This document shows, piece by piece, positions 57,745 through 64,000 of a stretch of 64,000 nucleotides of DNA; the first letter of the stretch is position 1; each line of letters opens with the position of its first letter. Both the position numbers and the translations under genes were made by a program. The notes under the pieces were generated by a model. The model saw only the letters and a list, made by a program, of their open reading frames with translations, searched no databases and had not been told where the DNA came from. This stretch comes from Ramazzottius varieornatus. Taxonomy: Eukaryota > Animalia > Tardigrada. The DNA is taken from positions 877,773 through 941,772 of the forward strand of contig BDGG01000010.1 of the NCBI GenBank assembly GCA_001949185.1, in the 5' to 3' direction.

Positions 57745-57800
57745 GTCAGAATAATCAGAAAAATCAGAAAAATCAGAAAAATCAGAAAAATCAGAAAAAA
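57745..57800. repeat. 9-bp tandem repeat
   Basis: (ATCAGAAAA)n, about 5-6 copies. Confidence 0.9.
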
Positions 57801-57916
57801 TCTGGGAATCATCCTGACTAAAGGATCGTGCTGTCTGGAGCTCGAGCTTCCTCTGATGAGTTAGTAATTCAGAGACCCTTGGGTACACCCAGCGAAATAT
57901 TAGGCTGGGTAAATCG

Positions 57917-58504
57917 TAGGGTTGTAAATTCCTAATTCAATTCCTTTCCAAATTCCGTTCCATTCCTAGGATTCCGTTCCGTTCCAAGGGGTAGCCGTTT
58001 GGAACGGTGGAATTCCTATTTGGAAAACTAGCAAAAATCGGAGAAAATTTAGGAATTCCACGAGGTAAACAGTCGAAGATCCAGCAGATCCTGTCAGAAA
58101 ACTGAACCCTATGCTGGCTCACACATGCGTACCACTGAGGCTAGCTGTTCGTTGAGTTGAACGACCAATAGCATTTTCGATCCGTCGCACTAAAGTATGC
58201 GGCGCATTCAACTGTGCGTAACTCCTTGATTTTCCCTTGGACTTTTAGGTCCGACAAGACCGAAAGTTCGGATTGGCCAATCTCCAGCTGGCTTTCAGTC
58301 TCAAAACCAATATTTGTTGATGACTTCGGATCATTTTTACTGTCTTAGATGGGTATGTAAAAAGAACTAAGCTGGCAAATGAGACTTTGTAATTCCAGAT
58401 TTTTGTGAGGACCTTCTGGAGAAGGAAATAGGAATATAGGAATATTAGGAATTCCTTTCCTGTTTTCCATTCCAAGGGTATTTGCCCTGGAATTTACAAC
58501 CTTG
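57917..58504. mobile_element. Non-autonomous hAT-type element (588 bp)
   Basis: TIRs TAGGGTTGTAAATTCC and GGAATTTACAACCTTG (14/16 match), a perfect 8-bp TSD GTAAATCG (57909-57916 and 58505-58512), and subterminal ATTCC/GGAAT repeats. Confidence 0.9.
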
Positions 58505-58649
58505 GTAAATCGTCCATCTCTGCTTTGCGGACCTTGCGGCCATTGCCTCTGAGATTTCCTCTTCTTCTTCCTCCCAAACCTCAACGGGCTACCGCTGATT
58601 TTTCGCTGCTACATCTGTGCGGGATTTCGTTATTGCGTTCATTGCGGAG

Positions 58650-60270
58650 ATGGGGGACAAAAAGGAACCGGTTACCGAGGAAAGCGTCCTTCTAGAGCTT
58701 CCAGTTCCGTACGATGGGCCCGTTATCCCGCTGCTGCGCGCTCTCCGCAGTTTCATTCAGAAGCGAGAGACCTTCATCGAGCAGGTATACCGTAGCTTGA
58801 ATGACACTTTGGACATTGACTTTGCGACTCGGGGTGACTGTTTCATTGTAGGATGAGGACTACCAGATGCGTATATTGGCATTTATCCACTCCGTCCAAG
58901 TCGGCGCTGGAAAGAAGAGCAGGAGCAAAGGGAAGAAAAGATCGAGGTTGGATACTGATGGTGAGGATATTGAAGACGAGGGAGCGGAAGGCAATACCGA
59001 CGGCGAAATCAGAACAAATCTGTCTCATGTGGTAGCCGAATTTCTTCGGCTGAAGGTGAATCTATAACCGCTTTGCTTACATGTTGCCTCCAGATCTCAA
59101 AGATTGGTTGTATGCTTATTGTTGCCTGTTTATAGTTCACGAGAAGGGTTTACGTCAAGACCCTGCTCCATCTCCATGACCGAATTCTTCCAAAAGTGAA
59201 CAAGCCACTTATGTTGGCGGATTTTTTGGTGTCTTCCTTTCGAATGGGTACGTACCGGTAACTGCTTTGTCTGCCGGTACATGTGGATGACGAGGTGACC
59301 GCACGAAAGCCATTTTTCGATAAATCCCGTATCCTCTGCAGGTGGTCTGATAAGCCTTCTCTCTCTAAACGGGCTCTTCGTTCTCATGCAGAAACACCAT
59401 CTGGACTTTCCGCAGTTTTACGAACATTTTTACAGTCTGCTGACGGTAAACGTTTTGCATGCGAAGTATCGAGCTCGATTCTTCCATCTCGCTGATACCT
59501 TCATGGGCTCATCGTAAGTACTTTGAAGTTTAACCGCGATAAGTTCGCAAACAAGTCAACGTTTCTTTATGATTAGACATATCCCCCTGTACACCGTTGC
59601 CGCAGTAGCGAAGAGGCTCTCCCGGTTGAGCTTGTACGCGCCTGCCGAATCCCTTCCACTACTTTTAACCTTCACGATGAACCTCGTCTTAAGGCATCCT
59701 GGATTACTAGCCCTTCTGAACCGGACGACGGAAGATGAAGGTGAGAAAGTTCCGGACAGTCAACATTACTCAAAGGATCGTTTGGAAGAGCGCTCTTGTA
59801 TCGTAGATATCGCGCATGATCCGTATTTGATCGAAGAATCCGACATGCAGAAGTGCAGAGCTCTGGATAGCAGTCTCTGGGAGTTGAAGGTAACTGTTGC
59901 TTTCTACGGTATCCATTAGGAAAGTCTTTCCTTTGTGATATGTTCTTTTTCGTAGTCCCATCAGTCTCATCACAACCCGGAAGTGGTCAAGATCGCCATG
60001 ATGCTAAGTAGTGAACTTCCGACAATTGAGTTTGACATTACGGAGTATCTGGAAACGTCTACTGAGGAGGTAAGGGCTGAACTTCATATTCCCGTGAGCT
60101 TTTTAGCTTGGAACCATTCTGTCGTACGTTTTATCGATGTTTTTTCCTCGCAGATGATCGAACAATGCCTAGCAAAACCATTCCCTGAAGCGGAGAAGAG
60201 ATTGAAGAGGAGCGACATGGCCTCGTTCCTTTCAAGAACTCCTGTTCTTAACGAACTGTGGACAGCCTAA
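58650..60270 (+). CDS. NOC4L: Nucleolar complex protein 4 homolog (CBF domain)
   Basis: KPLMLADFL, GGLISLLSLNGLFVLM, FYEHFYSLL, KYRARFFHL, HIPLYTVAAVAKRLSRLSL and ALDSSLWEL across spliced exons. Confidence 0.9.
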
Positions 60271-60519
60271 CTGTGAGGCATTGTCTCCCGTTTAGTCAGA
60301 GTGAGACGGTTCTTTATGAAAGGAAGGCGTGCTTTACGACAAACTTGGAATTAGAAAACTGATGGTGGGTAACGAAAAGCTCGTGTAAATAGCTAACCTG
60401 CTAGATGAAAATCTGAATTTAGTAGTGGATAAGATAGACAACAATGAAAATACAAAAGTGAATTGAAAACATGGGTTGCAAGCAACGAGAACGAACAAAA
60501 ATTTACCAGAATTAAACAA

Positions 60520-62478
60520 TCACTCCTGAACGTAAGCAGGGATAGTGTACGCGACATTGTTCCTGCCGTCGTCCTCTGCTTCTTCCTCTACAGCACCTTC
60601 CGCCTCTGCTTCCTCAGATCCGTTATCCATGATTTCCACTTCATGTATCTCCACCATACCATCACTGTCACCTTTGGCTTTCTTGTTCCCCTTCCGTCTG
60701 GTAGTGTTTGCATGGGTTTTACCTCGAGAGTTGCTTGGCTTCCCTTTCAGCTTATGTTCAAGCTTCGAGATCCCCACGCTCATCAGATGGTTCTTCAGGT
60801 TACTCAGTTGACTGGCGGAAACGGAATACAAAGCGTGGAAAGCATCTTTGCAGAGAGTGTGATCCTTGTCGAACCGATACACACAATGGCCTCTTCGTTC
60901 TGCAAATGAGAAGCCACAGTTCGAATGCGAACACGATTCTCAGAAAATATGTAGGACGTGGACTAATGAATTGAACCAGGTCCCTATCTCGAGTCGCGCA
61001 TACTTACCTTGTTATTAGGCTGAAGTATGCGCGACTTGGGAAAACGATCTGGTCCAGTTCATTTGCCCACGTATTATTTCGTACCTGCAACAGGGAAGTC
61101 CTCGCTCGGACCCAGCAAGATAGTTCGGACAATAGGAATACCGGCTGACAGTTTGCCCATAATGTACATGTGGCGGTCGGCAGAGCGCATGGACTTGATC
61201 TGAACACGTGTTGTGATGATGGCTTCCTCCGGAAGCATTTCTAGGCAGAACTTCTTGCAACACGTCTTCTCAACCAGTCCCTTCGCAGCTTCAACCTCGT
61301 CTTTGACACTTCTCCGTCTCGGAGGAACAAAACCTTCTTCGGGCTCTCCAGCGATGGACAGGGAAATGCCGTTCTCGAACAGACAGAAGCGAACCTTGCG
61401 CAGTTGCTCATCGGTAATATTGTGCATGTACTGGAAGGACTTCCGACACATGTTGAAGTCCTTGTCGTACACGTACACGGCCCGGTTTCCGCCTACAAAG
61501 ACAAATACAACTCATTTAGAAAGCCTCAGTAGTATGTACGGTCTTTTCTTCATTCCATGGTTTCTCCAACTGAACCCCTTGCAAATTCAAGACTACGAGA
61601 TGCGCCATTCGTTCGAAATTACGCTGTCGACCGTTACGACCGCTTACGCCATTACCTGTCAGTTCCGTGGCTGGATTTGCGATTAGAGACACGGAATGGC
61701 TGATCTTTCCCAGGAGATACAAGTCTCTTTCCCGGTCAGTCAACTTCTGCATCTCGATCCTGGTCTTGGATATCAGCGTCCCCGGAATCCTGGACCAGCA
61801 TTCGTCCGCACAGCATCGCTCCTTCATGACTGCGCGCACTTGCGCGTACTCCCTTTCGGGATCGATGTCAGGAACGGGTGGTGCAGGAGGCTTCTTTCTC
61901 TTGTTCGGCACTTTCACTTTGTGTGGTTTGCCCTTCTGGTTCGGAAGGTCTGGATCGACGCGCTTGTTGATGAGATGCTTGCGAATGATGCGCATAAGTC
62001 CGGAAGAAAGGTTGAACACGGTCTCAAATGCTACTCGACACAACGTGTAATTCTTGTCAAAGTGGTAGTAAACCGGAACTCCCTTGCTTGCTGAAAACGG
62101 ACAGAGCACCAAGTCAGAATACCAATTAGCCACGGGTCAGTTCCAGAAAATATGCCCAAGCTTGAACCTGGGAAAATGTCACACTACTTCGTGACGAGTT
62201 TGATTCTTACCTCTTCCAGTAAGCTCGCTTTCGGGATTGAGCAGATCTATCGAAGTGGACATCTTCCCGATGATAAACATGTTCTTGTCATTCTGACTGA
62301 GAGCCCCCATCTGCAATTGAGTCCGTTGAAGAAGCTCTTGTGGGAACTCCAAGAGGCATCCTTTCTGACAACATCCTCTGACTCCTCCGGATGGCAATCC
62401 TCCCTCCAGAACATAGTCGGGCTGCTCTTCTTCGGCTTCCATCTGAAAGTGCTCCTGTACTTGCTCCGCTTCGGACAT
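60520..62478 (-). CDS. Protein with three tandem Cys-rich modules, probably transposase-derived (predicted 496 aa, 4 exons)
   Basis: Exons 62478-62211, 62090-61656, 61492-61085 and 60899-60520 join in phase (1491 nt). CCxxxC...(F/Y)(I/L)xGK...Yx(F/Y)DKxxxxC(R/K)xxF occurs three times. Confidence 0.8.
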
Positions 62479-63027
62479 CTTGGTGGGTTGAAAGGAAACC
62501 GCCAGAAACAATCGGATTCGTAAGAAACATGTGAACATATGCGTCAAAGGATGCTTTCTTGCTTGCTCCTCTCCATTTTATGCTCACGAGAACTCCACGT
62601 TGTCGGGCCAATGTTGTCTGTGACGTCATGCAAAAGTTCTTTCAGCCATGTGTGCCTTTTGACATAACATAAAGACCACGTGGCCATGTTGTTTGAATGG
62701 GAGTGCGCTTCATTCATCGATGAATCAACTCGACGGTAAGATCGAATGAGATGATCTAAGGTGACGTCATACTCTCTTACATATGTACCTAGTGTTGATC
62801 GATCGGATCCATAGGAGGATGCTCTCATCTCTAATTCGGCTGATCTGGTTTTCAGCATCTGTTTGGATAGTTTAGGAACTAGGATTCCGTACGGTTGTAC
62901 TCCATCCTTATGCTTGCAAAGTGAGAACATCTTGATCTAGCGTTACGAACTACTGCTTTTGGTGCTCCTGGTCTGGCACCGAGATACACCAGCGCCGGAG
63001 TCTGGACTATTCAGTATTCACTGAGAG

Positions 63028-64000
63028 ATGGACCGGAAGTCCCTGGGTAAGATATGTTCCGCCCGACATTTCGCCTCTCCAGCCTGTTTTTGCCTTTGGG
63101 GAGCAGACTCTTTAGCTATTGTGTTTTGCAGGGTCCGGTTTCGGTAATCCCAGCTCGACAACGCAGCGTTCATATGGTTCATCCATGCCTCCACACGCGA
63201 CGATGCCTGTTACTTATTCTACTGCACCTACGCTCTTCCCAGGACAAATCCCTGCACAACTATTCAATAATCAAAATATTCCTTTACCCAGTTTCGCTGC
63301 AATGACCGTTCAAGATATCGGAACTTCCGGGAGACGGCAATCGGATACAGTGAGTGAGCTTTCGTGGTATTTATGAGTACTTCCGGTGGACCGGTTCCCT
63401 TGATTGCTACTAAAGTAAAGGCCGAAAAATAATGCGCCAACCACTTGTTCAAACCACTTTTGATCCACGCACCGTTTTTCCGCAGTTGCAGCAATTCAGA
63501 CAGCCAGTGAACACGACAAACCAAGCGGTATATCCAGCTCCGACCTTGACACCTGCTCGTTCAGCTGGTCCGAAGGTAACACCACAGCATTATTTTCCCT
63601 CATGAACTCATTTGAGAGTGAAACACTGAACTGCAATTTCTCGAGCCTTCCATGTGTGCCAGTCAACTTTACGTTGAGTTGGTTTATTAACAGGTGGATA
63701 ATGCTTCGATGGATGAAAGGAGAAGGCTTGAGCAGCAAAGACAGCAGCAGAAAATTCGTCTGTCATTCCAGGCGTCGAAAAGCAAGACGACAAACTCGGA
63801 TGCTTTGATGGGACAAATCTTGGCTGATATCGGGTTTGAACAAAGCAATGGAAGCGCGAAGCAGCAGGAAACAAGATCCCGACCGATAAGTAGGTATATG
63901 ATATGGTTTGGCTGCGTGCGAGCTGGCATCCTCCGTCGCGAACAGAAAATGTAACGTCTCCGTGTACTTTTAGCTCCCCATACTGATCCTGCGATCCAAC
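63028..64000 (+). CDS. 5' part of a spliced gene, probably synergin gamma
   Basis: P/Q-rich N-terminal exons, then DERRRLEQQRQQQKIRL...KTTNSDAL, similar to the synergin-gamma N-terminal segment ERKRRQFEEQKQKLRL...SRDDAL (recalled). Confidence 0.5.

Noticed and set aside
57673-57864. ORF with IRKIRKIRK repeats
   Set aside because: Translation of a 9-bp tandem repeat.

Overview
Gene-dense eukaryotic DNA with mostly short (about 55-90 nt) GT-AG introns and metazoan gene content. It looks like a compact invertebrate genome; a tardigrade is my unverified guess. Recognisable spliced genes: Nup58-like nucleoporin, SLC22 transporter, divergent SUZ12-like, PAXX, cytosolic leucyl-tRNA synthetase, RdgB/PITPNM, TAF6, Groucho/TLE, HIP1/HIP1R, NOC4L and the probable 5' end of synergin-gamma. 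Less familiar genes, assembled by hand across introns: a MED15-type KIX-domain protein, a membrane-anchored protein with about 9-10 LC8-type QT motifs, and a protein made of three tandem Cys-rich transposase-like modules. Mobile DNA: a TIR-bounded, apparently intron-containing pogo/Tigger element, hAT-, Harbinger- and Tc1/mariner-type MITEs, an RLE non-LTR retrotransposon fragment, and a decayed psq-HTH/chromodomain gene. The main unexplained signal is a dispersed ~90-bp palindromic element (about 15 copies, nearly all intronic) whose inverted AAGTGGCGCA/TGCGCCACTT cores sit 27 nt apart although the spacer sequence has diverged; it co-occurs with a second hairpin family. HIP1 also contains six consecutive exons of exactly 234 nt. 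Family assignments come from recalled motifs, not database searches, and exon boundaries are manual predictions.
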